Positions 38,764-48,513 of a stretch of DNA of 64,000 nt are shown piece by piece (the first letter of the stretch is position 1; each line of letters starts with the position of its first letter). The position numbers and the translations under genes were made by a program. The stretch is from contig JADFYE010000012.1 in assembly GCA_015233195.1 (NCBI GenBank), positions 989 to 64,988 on the forward strand, given 5' to 3'. The notes under the pieces were generated by a model that worked only from the letters and a program-made list of their open reading frames with translations, ran no database searches and was not told the DNA's origin. The DNA comes from Candidatus Omnitrophota bacterium. GTDB lineage: Bacteria; Omnitrophota; Gorgyraeia; Zapsychrales; Zapsychraceae.

Positions 38764-39965
38764 CCAAATACTTCGGACAATTTGGCGGACAATATACTGG
38801 TGAAGTATTAAAACCAGCTTTGCTTGAGTTAGAAAATGCATTTTTGCATATTTTACCGAGTGAATTGTTTCAAAAAGAATACAGCATGCTTTTACGAGAT
38901 TATGTAGGCAGACCTACGCCATTATATTTTGCTGAAAATACGACCAAAGATCTTAAAGGCGCTAAAGTTTATATTAAACTCGAAGGTTTAGCAAATACCG
39001 GCGCGCATAAAATTAATAATGCTTTAGGTCAAGTTTTATTAGCCAAGAAAATGGGAAAGAAGCGGGTTATAGCAGAAACTGGTGCTGGTCAGCATGGAGT
39101 AGCAACTGCAGCAGCTGCAGCTAAATTAGGTTTATCCTGCGAAGTATTTATGGGCGAGATCGACGTTATACGCCAACAGCCAAATGTATTTTTAATGAAA
39201 CAATACGGTGCGAAAGTGACTACTGTCACTGACGGAACAAAGACTTTAAAAGACGCGGTAAACCGAACGTTAAAAGAATGGGCGAATTGTTCGGACTACA
39301 CATTATATATTTTAGGCTCTGCTTTAGGACCATATCCATACCCGGATATAGTCCGCACTTTTCAGCAGATAATCGGTCAAGAAATTAAAAAAGAGATACT
39401 TTCCCGCGAAGGACGGATTCCTGATATGTTGATTGCCTGCTGCGGTGGAGGTTCAAATTCAATCGGAACTTTTACGCCATTTATAAATGATTCTGTTTCA
39501 TTAGTAGCAGTTGAAGCTGGTGGCAGAAATAAAGATATCGGCAACCATGCGGTACGCATGAACGGCAATGGAAAATTAGGTATTATCGAAGGCTATAAAT
39601 CATTTTTTATCCAAAGTGATGAAGGTCAAGTGTTGCCGACTCATTCCATTTCTGCAGGATTAGATTATGCTGGCATCGGACCAGAATTAGCGTTCTTAGG
39701 ACAAAAGGGCAGGATAAAATTTGAAAGCGCTACAGACGAGGAAGTATTAAATGCTTATCAGTATTTCGCCAGAAAAGAAGGTCTGTTATTTGCAATGGAA
39801 TCAGCGCATGCAGCAGCGTATGCTTTACGAATAGTGCCGAAATTGACCAAAGAAGCGATTGTTTGCATAACCATGTCTGGACGTGGAGACAAAGATATTT
39901 TTATAACCGCAAAAGCACTATACGCGGACGAATGGAAAAAATTTTTGAAACGAGAAGGGGCATAG
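38760..39965 (+). CDS. trpB: Tryptophan synthase beta chain
   Basis: FGQFGGQY, the PLP lysine context NTGAHKINN, and CCGGGSNSIG. Confidence 0.95.
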   Translation: MTKYFGQFGGQYTGEVLKPALLELENAFLHILPSELFQKEYSMLLRDYVGRPTPLYFAENTTKDLKGAKVYIKLEGLANTGAHKINNALGQVLLAKKMGKKRVIAETGAGQHGVATAAAAAKLGLSCEVFMGEIDVIRQQPNVFLMKQYGAKVTTVTDGTKTLKDAVNRTLKEWANCSDYTLYILGSALGPYPYPDIVRTFQQIIGQEIKKEILSREGRIPDMLIACCGGGSNSIGTFTPFINDSVSLVAVEAGGRNKDIGNHAVRMNGNGKLGIIEGYKSFFIQSDEGQVLPTHSISAGLDYAGIGPELAFLGQKGRIKFESATDEEVLNAYQYFARKEGLLFAMESAHAAAYALRIVPKLTKEAIVCITMSGRGDKDIFITAKALYADEWKKFLKREGA

Positions 39966-40036
39966 AGGCACAAAGGCGATAGGATATAGGAAAAGTAAAA
40001 ATAAAAATACAAAAAATTAAAAAAATAAAATTAAAA

Positions 40037-40214
40037 TAGCAAATTTTGTAAATTAAAAATCGTAGATATTGAGCGGACGTTGATAATTCGAGCGGGCACG
40101 GCTCGTACATGCTTCATCGTACGAGAGCGAGAATTATCTTCGAGCGCAGATAGTCTCGCAGGGACTAACCAGCTTTCCGCGAAATATCAAAGATTTTTAA
40201 CAAAAATTTGCGTA
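40037..40214. repeat. 178-bp GC-enriched imperfect palindromic element inserted between trpB and trpA (MITE-like or structured RNA)
   Basis: Terminal inverted repeats TAGCAAATTTTGTAAATTAAAAATCgtaGATATTgaGCGGA (from 40037) and TCCGCgaAATATCaaaGATTTTTAACAAAAATTTGCgTA (to 40214). Internal stems are GATAATTC/GAATTATC and CTCGTAC/GTACGAG. It is flanked by TTAAAA at 40031-36 and 40215-20 and preceded by a strongly A-rich tract of about 50 nt. Confidence 0.5.
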
Positions 40215-40234
40215 TTAAAATTTTAAAGGTTAAT

Positions 40235-40984
40235 ATGTCAAAAAATAACGTTCGCTTAATGGCACACTTGGTCGCTGGTTTTCCGGATAAAAACGGATTT
40301 TTACAAGCTTTACAAGCTTTAAAAGACGGTGGAGCAGATACGTTGGAACTGCAAATCCCATTTTCCGACCCTACTGCTGACGGTCCAGCAATAACTTACG
40401 CCAATGAAGAGGCGATACGTAATGGATTCCATGTTGCCCAAATATTTGACTACATCAAACACGCTAAAAATATTGGCTTTGAGCGCATAGTAGTTATGAC
40501 CTACGCGAACATTCCCTTTGTTTATGGAATAAAAAAATATGTGCAAGACATGAAAAATGCAGGTGTCAGCGCTATTTTAGCACCTGACCTTCCGATAGAA
40601 GACGAAGAAAACTTTTATCAATCTGCTTTTGATACGGGAATAGACCCCATGCCGGTTGCAGTTATTAACATGTCCGAAGAACGAATAAAATTATTAAAAC
40701 AAAAACCATTTAAAAAAATTTATATAGCTATACGGGCAGGTATAACCGGAAAACAAACTGCATTAGACCCAAATCTTAAATTATTTTTTGAAAAATTTAC
40801 GGGATATGAATTATACGCAGGATTTGGCATAAAAACTCCTGAACAAATCAAAGAACTCTCTACTTACGCGGATGTTTTAGTGGTCGGCTCATATTTTACA
40901 GAGACCATCATTAACGCGGTTAAACAAAAAACTGATATCTATGCGGAAGTAAAAGCAGCGATTTCATACTTGCTAAAAAATTGA
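40235..40984 (+). CDS. trpA: Tryptophan synthase alpha chain
   Basis: Signature ELQIPFSDPTADGPAI. The start was chosen at the ATG at 40235 (MSKNNVRLMAHLVAGFPD) after AAAGG. The track start at 40208 is a TTG inside the palindromic element's flank. Confidence 0.9.
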   Translation: MSKNNVRLMAHLVAGFPDKNGFLQALQALKDGGADTLELQIPFSDPTADGPAITYANEEAIRNGFHVAQIFDYIKHAKNIGFERIVVMTYANIPFVYGIKKYVQDMKNAGVSAILAPDLPIEDEENFYQSAFDTGIDPMPVAVINMSEERIKLLKQKPFKKIYIAIRAGITGKQTALDPNLKLFFEKFTGYELYAGFGIKTPEQIKELSTYADVLVVGSYFTETIINAVKQKTDIYAEVKAAISYLLKN

Positions 40985-41065
40985 TTTTAATCTAAAATCA
41001 ACATTCAATTTAACGCTTTATTAATTTTTTGTACTTTGTTTTTCTTTCTACTATCAATTAAATAT

Positions 41066-41344
41066 ATGCAAGGCTTAAAAGAATTACTTAAAATTTTTAA
41101 TCAAATAAAAAACGAAAAAGATATGGAACGTCTTTTTCAAGAAATATTCACTGAAAAAGAACGCGAAACTCTTTCTAACCGCTGGCTTTTAATGAAAGAA
41201 ATCCACCGCAATATACCTCAACGTGATATCGCACAAAAATTTCATATGAGCTTATGTAAGATCACTCGAGGAGCTAAAGTCCTGCAAGAAAAAAATTCTC
41301 TCTGCAAACAATTATTGGATAAAAATCACCCCCAGAAAGATTAA
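41066..41344 (+). CDS. TrpR family (Trp repressor-like) DNA-binding protein
   Basis: It aligns by eye with the E. coli TrpR core: FTEKERETLSNRWLLMKEI vs LTPDEREALGTRVRIVEEL, PQRDIAQKF vs SQRELKNEL, and CKITRGAKVLQ vs ATITRGSNSLK. The start is uncertain because there is no clear RBS. Confidence 0.7.
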   Translation: MQGLKELLKIFNQIKNEKDMERLFQEIFTEKERETLSNRWLLMKEIHRNIPQRDIAQKFHMSLCKITRGAKVLQEKNSLCKQLLDKNHPQKD

Positions 41345-41346
41345 AT

Positions 41347-43104
41347 ATGGAATTATTATCCGGTAATGAAGCGATCGCGCGAGGAGCATACGAAGCAGGC
41401 GTAACTTTAGCAGCAGGATATCCAGGAACACCTTCCACCGAAATATTAGAAAATATCGTCCAATATAAAGATGTGATCTATGCTGAATGGTCTCCAAATG
41501 AAAAGGTAGCATTTGAAGTCGCTGCTGCAGCAGCTATGGCTGGCGCACGGTCATTAGTAACAATGAAACATGTAGGACTAAATGTAGCAGCTGATCCTTT
41601 AATGACCTTGGCTTATATAGGCGTAAAAGGCGGCATGGTTATTGTGGTTGCAGATGATCCTGGTATGCACTCGTCCCAAAATGAACAAGACAGTAGAAAT
41701 TACGCGAAATTCGCAAAAATACCTTTACTTGAGCCGTCGGACAGTCAAGAAGCAAAAGATTTTATGTTGTATGCTTATGATCTTTCTGAAAAATACGGCA
41801 CCCCTGTAATTCTTAAAACTGAAACCCGGATTAGTCATTCTCGTAGTTTGACTGAACTTGGCACGCGTGGACCAGAAAATAAAACTGATTTTATTAAAGA
41901 CCAATCAAAACATGTAATGGTGCCTTTATGGGCGAGAGGCAGACGAGTTCAATTAGAATCACGTATAAAAGAACTTAAAAAAGCCGCGAATGAATCAGAA
42001 ATAAATCGTATTGAAATGCAAGATACATCCTTGGGTATCATCACTTCTGGTGTGACCTACCAATATGTTAAAGAAGCCTGGCCTAATGCCTCAATTTTAA
42101 AATTAGGATTTGTATTTCCTTTTCCGGATGAATTAATAAAAGAATTCGCATCTAAAGTAAAAAATGTATTAATCATAGAACAATTGGATGATTTTATAGA
42201 AGAGCACGTTAAAGCCTTAGGCATTAAATGCAACGGCAAAGATGTAATACCTAATATCGGCGAAATATCTCCGTCAATATTATTAGATATTAAAGCCAAA
42301 ATGGAAGCTGGCTCGCCCATATCAGCGCCTTATAAAAATATCGCGGAAAAATTGCCAGGCAGACCGCCGGTATTATGCGCAGGCTGTTCGCATCGGGGAA
42401 TATTTCACGCTTTAACTGAACATGATGTAGTAATAGCAGGTGATATAGGATGCTATAGTTTAGGAACATTCAAACCGCTGGAACGGCTGGATATAATTTT
42501 ATGTATGGGCGGCGGTATATCAATGGCGCATGGCATGCAAAAAGCCAACAATTCTAAAAAAGTAGTTGGCGTTATTGGCGATTCAACCTTTTTTCATTCG
42601 GGAATTACTGGTCTAATAGATATAGTTTACAACAAAGGAACTTCAACCATCATCGTCTTGGATAATCGTATTACAGCTATGACCGGGCATCAGGAAAACC
42701 CAGGCAGCGGATCAACTTTAATGGGCGAACCTACTGTAGCGCTTTCTATTGCAGAAATTGGACGAGCTTGCGGTGTAAAACGCATTTTCGAAATCAATCC
42801 CTATGACCAAAAAAACACAAAAAATATAATCGCGCAGGAAATCGAAATTAATGAACCATCTCTGATAATTTCAAAAGCACCGTGTGTTTTATATTCTAAA
42901 AAACCAATAAATAAACAAAGGTCTATTAATCAAGAAAAATGTAAAAATTGCCGTCAATGCCTGCGCTTAGGCTGCCCAGCTATTGAGGCTGATGAAGGAA
43001 AACCGCATATTAATCCACATATTTGCATGGGATGCAGTTTATGCCAACAAGCCTGCAAATTCGACGCCATCACTGAGTTGGAGGATAGAACTAATGTCAT
43101 CTGA
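41347..43104 (+). CDS. iorA: Indolepyruvate:ferredoxin oxidoreductase alpha subunit
   Basis: N-terminus LSGNEAIARGAYEAGV..AAGYPGTPSTEILE, a TPP-binding region (GDIGCY...GDSTFFHSG), and two C-terminal 4Fe-4S motifs (CKNCRQCLRLGCP, CMGCSLCQQAC). Confidence 0.9.
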   Translation: MELLSGNEAIARGAYEAGVTLAAGYPGTPSTEILENIVQYKDVIYAEWSPNEKVAFEVAAAAAMAGARSLVTMKHVGLNVAADPLMTLAYIGVKGGMVIVVADDPGMHSSQNEQDSRNYAKFAKIPLLEPSDSQEAKDFMLYAYDLSEKYGTPVILKTETRISHSRSLTELGTRGPENKTDFIKDQSKHVMVPLWARGRRVQLESRIKELKKAANESEINRIEMQDTSLGIITSGVTYQYVKEAWPNASILKLGFVFPFPDELIKEFASKVKNVLIIEQLDDFIEEHVKALGIKCNGKDVIPNIGEISPSILLDIKAKMEAGSPISAPYKNIAEKLPGRPPVLCAGCSHRGIFHALTEHDVVIAGDIGCYSLGTFKPLERLDIILCMGGGISMAHGMQKANNSKKVVGVIGDSTFFHSGITGLIDIVYNKGTSTIIVLDNRITAMTGHQENPGSGSTLMGEPTVALSIAEIGRACGVKRIFEINPYDQKNTKNIIAQEIEINEPSLIISKAPCVLYSKKPINKQRSINQEKCKNCRQCLRLGCPAIEADEGKPHINPHICMGCSLCQQACKFDAITELEDRTNVI

Positions 43105-43678
43105 GATCACCAGTATTGTTTTAGCCGGCGTAGGAGGACAAGGAATTTTATTAGCCAGTGACATTACTGCTTTGGCAGCCATGAACGCGGGATATGACGT
43201 AAAGACCAATGAAGTCCATGGTATGGCGCAGCGCGGCGGGTCAGTCATAGGTCAAATCCGTTATGGAAAAAAAGTTTATAGCCCTTTAGTAACCAAAGGT
43301 ACAGCCAAAGTTTTAGCTGGATTAGAGCGCATTGAAATATTACGTTATGCTGATTATCTTGCTAAAGACGGATTAGCAGTTGTAAACAGTCAAATGATAA
43401 TACCTGTAACAGTATCCATGGGCGTATCAAAATATCCTTCGGACGCAAAAGAACTGCTTGCTAAAATTTTTCCGAAATTAGTTTATTTCGACGCGGGCGA
43501 AGAGGCGGCAAAATTAGGAAATATCAAAGCTGCAAATGTAGTTTTATTAGGCACCATATCAAATGGCGTTAACTTACCAATTGAAGCTTGGATCGAAGCA
43601 ATTACCAAGCGCATACCAGAAAAATTCCTCGATCTTAACATTAAAGCCTTTAATATTGGACGGAATATAAAAAAATAA
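43094..43678 (+). CDS. iorB: Indolepyruvate:ferredoxin oxidoreductase beta subunit
   Basis: Start at the ATG at 43094 after GGAGGA, overlapping the iorA stop. It has the motif VLAGVGGQGILLAS typical of the pyruvate/ketoisovalerate oxidoreductase gamma-like domain. Confidence 0.85.
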   Translation: MSSEITSIVLAGVGGQGILLASDITALAAMNAGYDVKTNEVHGMAQRGGSVIGQIRYGKKVYSPLVTKGTAKVLAGLERIEILRYADYLAKDGLAVVNSQMIIPVTVSMGVSKYPSDAKELLAKIFPKLVYFDAGEEAAKLGNIKAANVVLLGTISNGVNLPIEAWIEAITKRIPEKFLDLNIKAFNIGRNIKK

Positions 43679-43700
43679 ATCAGCTAACAAAGGACAAACA

Positions 43701-44438
43701 GTGAGACGAAATTTTTTATTATGTTGTTTTACAGTTATGTTTCTTTCCGGATGCGGGACTACATTACGGACATCTCCGAATTATTACCAAAATGTCACTC
43801 AAATTAAAACATTAGCAGTTATGCCGGTAGATGTTGAAGTATTTAGTTTGACTGCAGGAAATGTTAGAGAATTGAGAGATGACTGGTCGGAAAAAGCAAA
43901 AAATGATGTAGATACTGCTTTAGAAAAAGTGTTGAATGGAAAATATGCTTGGAAAATAAAATTTGTTGATAAAGATTGGATTAAGGCAAACGCATATACT
44001 ACGTGGAGACAAAATAAAGCTTTGTACGAGGCGGTTGCGCTTTCAGCGACTTTGCATGGTTTTAATTCACAAGGTCAGTACTCGCAATCCTTCAAAACCA
44101 AAAAAGATAAGTTTGATTATACATTAGGATCAGAGATCGCGTCTTTAGCTAAATCAGTAGACGCTGATGCTTTATTATTTGTTTATGGATATGATCATGA
44201 AGCTACAGCAGGACGGGTGGCAAGTTTTTGGTTTAATTTAATGGTTGGCGCAGTTACAGGTGTTACCATTGTTCCAACAAATCCAAGTTTAATGACTATG
44301 GGATTAATTAATGGTGAAACCGGGGATCTAGAATGGTATAAAACTACACCGCCAGCTTCAGAATACAGTTTTCGTAATTCAAAAGAAATTGAAAAGGTGA
44401 TGCAGTGGCTTGGAAAAGATCTTTATCCTGTGAAATAA
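43701..44438 (+). CDS. Hypothetical lipoprotein (245 aa)
   Basis: GTG start after AAAGGA and a lipobox FLSG-C. I recognised no family. Confidence 0.55.
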   Translation: MRRNFLLCCFTVMFLSGCGTTLRTSPNYYQNVTQIKTLAVMPVDVEVFSLTAGNVRELRDDWSEKAKNDVDTALEKVLNGKYAWKIKFVDKDWIKANAYTTWRQNKALYEAVALSATLHGFNSQGQYSQSFKTKKDKFDYTLGSEIASLAKSVDADALLFVYGYDHEATAGRVASFWFNLMVGAVTGVTIVPTNPSLMTMGLINGETGDLEWYKTTPPASEYSFRNSKEIEKVMQWLGKDLYPVK

Positions 44439-45595
44439 TACTTGGCTTTGGATTGTGTTTTTTAATTCAAGGGTGCGCTACAGTAAATGTTGCGAACATC
44501 GGAGAACAGGGCTATCAAAAAGCTGACGATGAATTGCGAATGTTTAAACGCGCAGAAGAATTTGCGGAAGTTATTGATGCCACAAACTCGATTTATTCTG
44601 ATCTTGCCTTAGACCAATATTTAAATGACTTAGCTAAAAGCCTTTTGTCGCAGGAAGTAAAAGATAGTGGAATTTCAATTCGGATAAAAGTTATTAAAGA
44701 TCCGGATTTTAATGCATTTACCTTCGGTAATGGGATTATGTATATCCATACCGGGATTTTAGCTGCATGTGAAAATGAAGCGCAATTAGTTAGTTTAATG
44801 GGTCATGAAATTGGTCACGTTCTACACCGCCACGCCTTAAAAGAATTTCGCTCTACTATAAACAAAACTGCTTTTATAAGCGCATTATATGGTTTTGGAT
44901 TGGCAGGTACTGTGGTGCAGTTAGGAACAATTTCAACAATTTCAGGTTATTCACAGCAGCAGGAATATGAAGCGGATCGGGTGTCGTTTGAAATTTTACG
45001 CGATCATGGTTATGATGTTCGGGAAAGTGTAAAATTATTTCAAATTCTTGAAGAACACTTAAAGTCTGAAGAAATTAAAATGCCGTATTTCTTTTCCACC
45101 CATCCTCAGGTTAAAGCCAGGATTGTAAGTTTTCAGGATTTAATTGCGAAAGAGCAGATGCCCGGTCAAAATAGAATTATTGATTCTGATAAATTTCAAG
45201 TTTTAACTAAAGCGGTCCGAGTTTTGAATATGGAATTGTTGCTGAGTAAAGGATATTTTAAAACTGCGGAAAAATTTATTAATGCGTATATCAAACAATA
45301 CCCTCAAGATTTTGATGGATATTTTTGGAAAGGTGAATTGTTCCGTCAAAGAAGCGATGGCGATAAACCAAAAAATACGCGACTTAAAGACGCAGATTGG
45401 AAGATTGCTTTAGCAAATTATGATTTAGCGTTAGGAAAAAAATCCGAAACCGCTTTGGCGTGGAAAGGAAAAGGGTTAGTATATCAAAAAATGGGACAGA
45501 CTAAAGACGCTGGCGATGCTTTTCGACATTACTTAGATATTGATCCACAGGCAAAAGATAAAGCATATATAGAACGATATTTGAAAAAGGAATAG
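44405..45595 (+). CDS. M48 family zinc metalloprotease lipoprotein with C-terminal TPR-like region (BepA-like architecture)
   Basis: Lipobox LIQG-C, a zinc motif HEIGHVLHRH with downstream E (QQQEYEAD), and a helical-repeat C-terminus. Confidence 0.8.
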   Translation: MAWKRSLSCEIILGFGLCFLIQGCATVNVANIGEQGYQKADDELRMFKRAEEFAEVIDATNSIYSDLALDQYLNDLAKSLLSQEVKDSGISIRIKVIKDPDFNAFTFGNGIMYIHTGILAACENEAQLVSLMGHEIGHVLHRHALKEFRSTINKTAFISALYGFGLAGTVVQLGTISTISGYSQQQEYEADRVSFEILRDHGYDVRESVKLFQILEEHLKSEEIKMPYFFSTHPQVKARIVSFQDLIAKEQMPGQNRIIDSDKFQVLTKAVRVLNMELLLSKGYFKTAEKFINAYIKQYPQDFDGYFWKGELFRQRSDGDKPKNTRLKDADWKIALANYDLALGKKSETALAWKGKGLVYQKMGQTKDAGDAFRHYLDIDPQAKDKAYIERYLKKE

Positions 45596-45599
45596 AATC

Positions 45600-46160
45600 A
45601 TGAAAAAAATTAAATATTTAATTTCAGGAATGGTGTTGTGTGTAGTTATGTCTGGCTGTGCGATGTCGATGTGGACCAAGTTGGAAAATAAGGAATATTC
45701 AGACGGCTCTAGAGCGTTTAAGGCAATTATGCCTCAGGATTGGATGCGGTTAAATTATGATCGAGATTTTGTTTTGACGCATGATGGGTTAGCTTTAAAT
45801 TTGATTAATGTACACCGGATAAATCAAAAAAATCCTTTGGAATTCACAAAGAAAAAATATGCTGATAATATGATGATTACAGATTTGGCGGAAATTGAAT
45901 CAGATAATTTAAAAATGAATACAAATATGTTGCAGTTTTCAGTTTTATCAAATACCCCAATCGATATTTCAGGACGAGAAGCTTATCGCATAGAGTATCA
46001 ATATGAAAATAAAAACGGTTTGCCTATATCAGGAATTCAATGCGGATTTCAACATAAACAATGGATTTACCGTATTAAATATGAAGCAGCATCCCAACAT
46101 TATTTTTCTAGTCTAAAATCTGATTTTGAAGCATTTTTAAAATCATTCCAAACCATTTAG
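45600..46160 (+). CDS. Hypothetical lipoprotein (186 aa)
   Basis: Lipobox VMSG-C. It lies immediately after the M48 gene (4-nt gap). Confidence 0.55.
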   Translation: MKKIKYLISGMVLCVVMSGCAMSMWTKLENKEYSDGSRAFKAIMPQDWMRLNYDRDFVLTHDGLALNLINVHRINQKNPLEFTKKKYADNMMITDLAEIESDNLKMNTNMLQFSVLSNTPIDISGREAYRIEYQYENKNGLPISGIQCGFQHKQWIYRIKYEAASQHYFSSLKSDFEAFLKSFQTI

Positions 46161-46281
46161 CTAAACATTTTTTTACAATTTACTAACCAACTCCGCAGCA
46201 GACGCTATTGCGAGTACGCTGCATTTATTTCATTTGACACAATTTATTGATTAGCATATCCTTTTGATATGGAGGACAGAC

Positions 46282-47871
46282 GTGGCTAATAATAAATTTG
46301 ACAATATTACATCTGAAGAAGCTTATGATCTGTATAATAATTCTCCCTGCGGCTACCACTCCCTAAATAAAGATGGTGTAGTAGTACGGATCAATGATAC
46401 TGAACTTTCCTGGTTAGGCTATACCCGTGATGAAGTTGTTGAAAAGAAAAAATTTTCAGAATTTATGACTGAAAATAGCCGCAAAAAATTCTTAAACGCT
46501 TTCCAAATTTTTTTACAAACCGGTAAAGCCCAAGGTTTGACATTTGATATTATACGCAAGGACGGAAGTGTTTTTACAGTTTTAGCTAACGCCAGCGCGA
46601 TCTATGAAAAAAACGGTACTTTTATTATGAGCCGTTCTACATTAGTGGATATCACTGAACGTAAAAATATAGAAGAGAATCTTGAAGCCACAAAAGAATA
46701 CTTAGGTAAAATTATTGATTCCGTCGCTGATCCGATATTTGTAAAAGACCGTGAGCATAAATGGGTTTTATTGAACGACTCCTACTGTTCGTTTATGGGC
46801 TATAAACGGGAAGAATTGATCGGAAAATCCGATTATGATTTTTTTCCAATAAAAGAAGCCAAAGTATTTTGGGAAAAAGATGAAGAGGTTTTTGAAAGTG
46901 GTGAAGGAAATGTTAATGAAGAATTTTTTACTGATGCTTCAAAAATAACCAGAACAATCATAACCAAAAAAACTTTATACATCGACCACAAAGGCGCCAA
47001 ATTAATTGTTGGTATAATCCGCGACATTACTGAGCTAAAACGTACCACCGAAGAATTAAAAACTACTTACGAAAAATTAATAAACATCCAAGCTCGTTTA
47101 GTGCAATCTGAAAAAATGGCTTCTTTAGGTCAGTTAGCTGCCGGCGTTGCTCACGAGATCAATAATCCAGTAACCTATGTACTCAGTAATATCAGCGCTT
47201 TTCAAGATTATGAAAAAAAACTAAATGGATTCTTGCATGACCTTATAGAGTTATCTACAAATTCAAAATTTCAAAAACAAATAAACGAGTTAAATACAAA
47301 ATGGCAAGTAATGGATGTTTTTGATGATATGCCGGCATTAGTAGCCGAGACTTTTGAAGGGGTAGAACGTATAAAAAAAATCGTTCAAGACTTGCGAATG
47401 TTCGCGCATCCTACCAAAGGTGTTTTTAAATATGGTGATATTCATAAATGTATTGATCAAGCGTTGAACATTGTTTTTTGTGAGATTAAAGACCGCGTTC
47501 GCTTAATAAAAGAATTCGGCAATATTCCAAAAGTTTATTTTCAAGAACAACAAATGTCACAGGTATTTATAAATTTATTTGTCAATGCAGCACAAGCGAT
47601 AGAAAAAGAAGGTGAACTACGAGTTAAAACCTGCGCTGATGCTCAATATATTCATATTGAGATTGCAGATAATGGCGTAGGAATACCTCCTGATATCTTA
47701 CCTAAAATATTTGATCCGTTCTTCACTACCAAACCAGTCGGTCAAGGTACAGGGTTAGGTCTTTCGGTAGTACACGGAATTATCGAAGAGCATAAAGGCA
47801 CAATAAATGTTGAAAGCCATATCAACCATGGTACAACTTTCCGCATTAAACTGCCCATATCAAACAAATAA
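46282..47871 (+). CDS. Cytoplasmic tandem-PAS sensor histidine kinase
   Basis: GTG at 46282 lies 6 nt after GGAGG. There are two PAS-like segments, an H-box AAGVAHEINNP, and an ATPase domain with DNGVGIP and GTGLGLS. Confidence 0.88.
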   Translation: MANNKFDNITSEEAYDLYNNSPCGYHSLNKDGVVVRINDTELSWLGYTRDEVVEKKKFSEFMTENSRKKFLNAFQIFLQTGKAQGLTFDIIRKDGSVFTVLANASAIYEKNGTFIMSRSTLVDITERKNIEENLEATKEYLGKIIDSVADPIFVKDREHKWVLLNDSYCSFMGYKREELIGKSDYDFFPIKEAKVFWEKDEEVFESGEGNVNEEFFTDASKITRTIITKKTLYIDHKGAKLIVGIIRDITELKRTTEELKTTYEKLINIQARLVQSEKMASLGQLAAGVAHEINNPVTYVLSNISAFQDYEKKLNGFLHDLIELSTNSKFQKQINELNTKWQVMDVFDDMPALVAETFEGVERIKKIVQDLRMFAHPTKGVFKYGDIHKCIDQALNIVFCEIKDRVRLIKEFGNIPKVYFQEQQMSQVFINLFVNAAQAIEKEGELRVKTCADAQYIHIEIADNGVGIPPDILPKIFDPFFTTKPVGQGTGLGLSVVHGIIEEHKGTINVESHINHGTTFRIKLPISNK

Positions 47872-48411
47872 CATTGCTTTTTTAACTTTATCCGATATTT
47901 CTTTCCCAACTAAGTAATTTACGATTGCAAATGAAAAATCTGCAGCAGTTCCTGGACCTTGACTGGTAATGATGTTACCGTCAATAACCACTTTATCCGT
48001 CTTAACTTTGGTGCTTTTATTGAATAATGCTTCATCTCCAGGATAGCCCGTAGCTGACTTGTTATTCAAAATACCAGTTGGCGCAAGCACCTCAGCCGGA
48101 GAAGCACAGATTGCAGCTATCAATTTTTTTTCATTGAACATTTTATTGATTATTTGTTTAACTAAAGCAGAGGCTGCCAAATTTTTTGCGCCATTTGCAC
48201 CTCCAGGAAGAATTAAAGCGTCATAATTCAGATCATTGCTAGTAAGTATTTTATCAGTAAAAATTTTTACTAATCGAGCGCTAGCGATCTGTACGCTATC
48301 AAGACCAGCAATGGTCACATTTACCCCTGAACGCCGTAATATATCGATTGTAGCTATAGCTTCAATTTCTTCAAATCCATTTGCTAAAATAATCAGTGCT
48401 TTTTGTATCAT
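47860..48411 (-). CDS. DJ-1/PfpI (ThiJ/YajL) family protein
   Basis: Nucleophile-elbow motif AAICASP and LILPGG. The start was chosen at the second ATG (MIQKALIIL) after AAAGGA. Its 3' end overlaps the kinase gene's 3' end by 12 nt. Confidence 0.85.
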   Translation of the reverse strand: MIQKALIILANGFEEIEAIATIDILRRSGVNVTIAGLDSVQIASARLVKIFTDKILTSNDLNYDALILPGGANGAKNLAASALVKQIINKMFNEKKLIAAICASPAEVLAPTGILNNKSATGYPGDEALFNKSTKVKTDKVVIDGNIITSQGPGTAADFSFAIVNYLVGKEISDKVKKAMLFV

Positions 48412-48513
48412 ATCCGTTCCTTTCATTATATAAATATTTTAATTTACAGGTCTTAATATGGCAATTAAAATAGCCAGTCATTGATAAATCGCATTTATAT
48501 TTGAAAGGGTTTT

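Noticed and set aside
39985-40234. Possible Trp attenuator, T-box or TRAP-binding array in the trpB-trpA spacer
   Set aside because: There are no TGG codons or leader ORF and no T-box sequence (GGGUGGUACCGCG-like). The GAG/UAG triplets are irregularly spaced rather than separated by 2-3 nt as TRAP requires.
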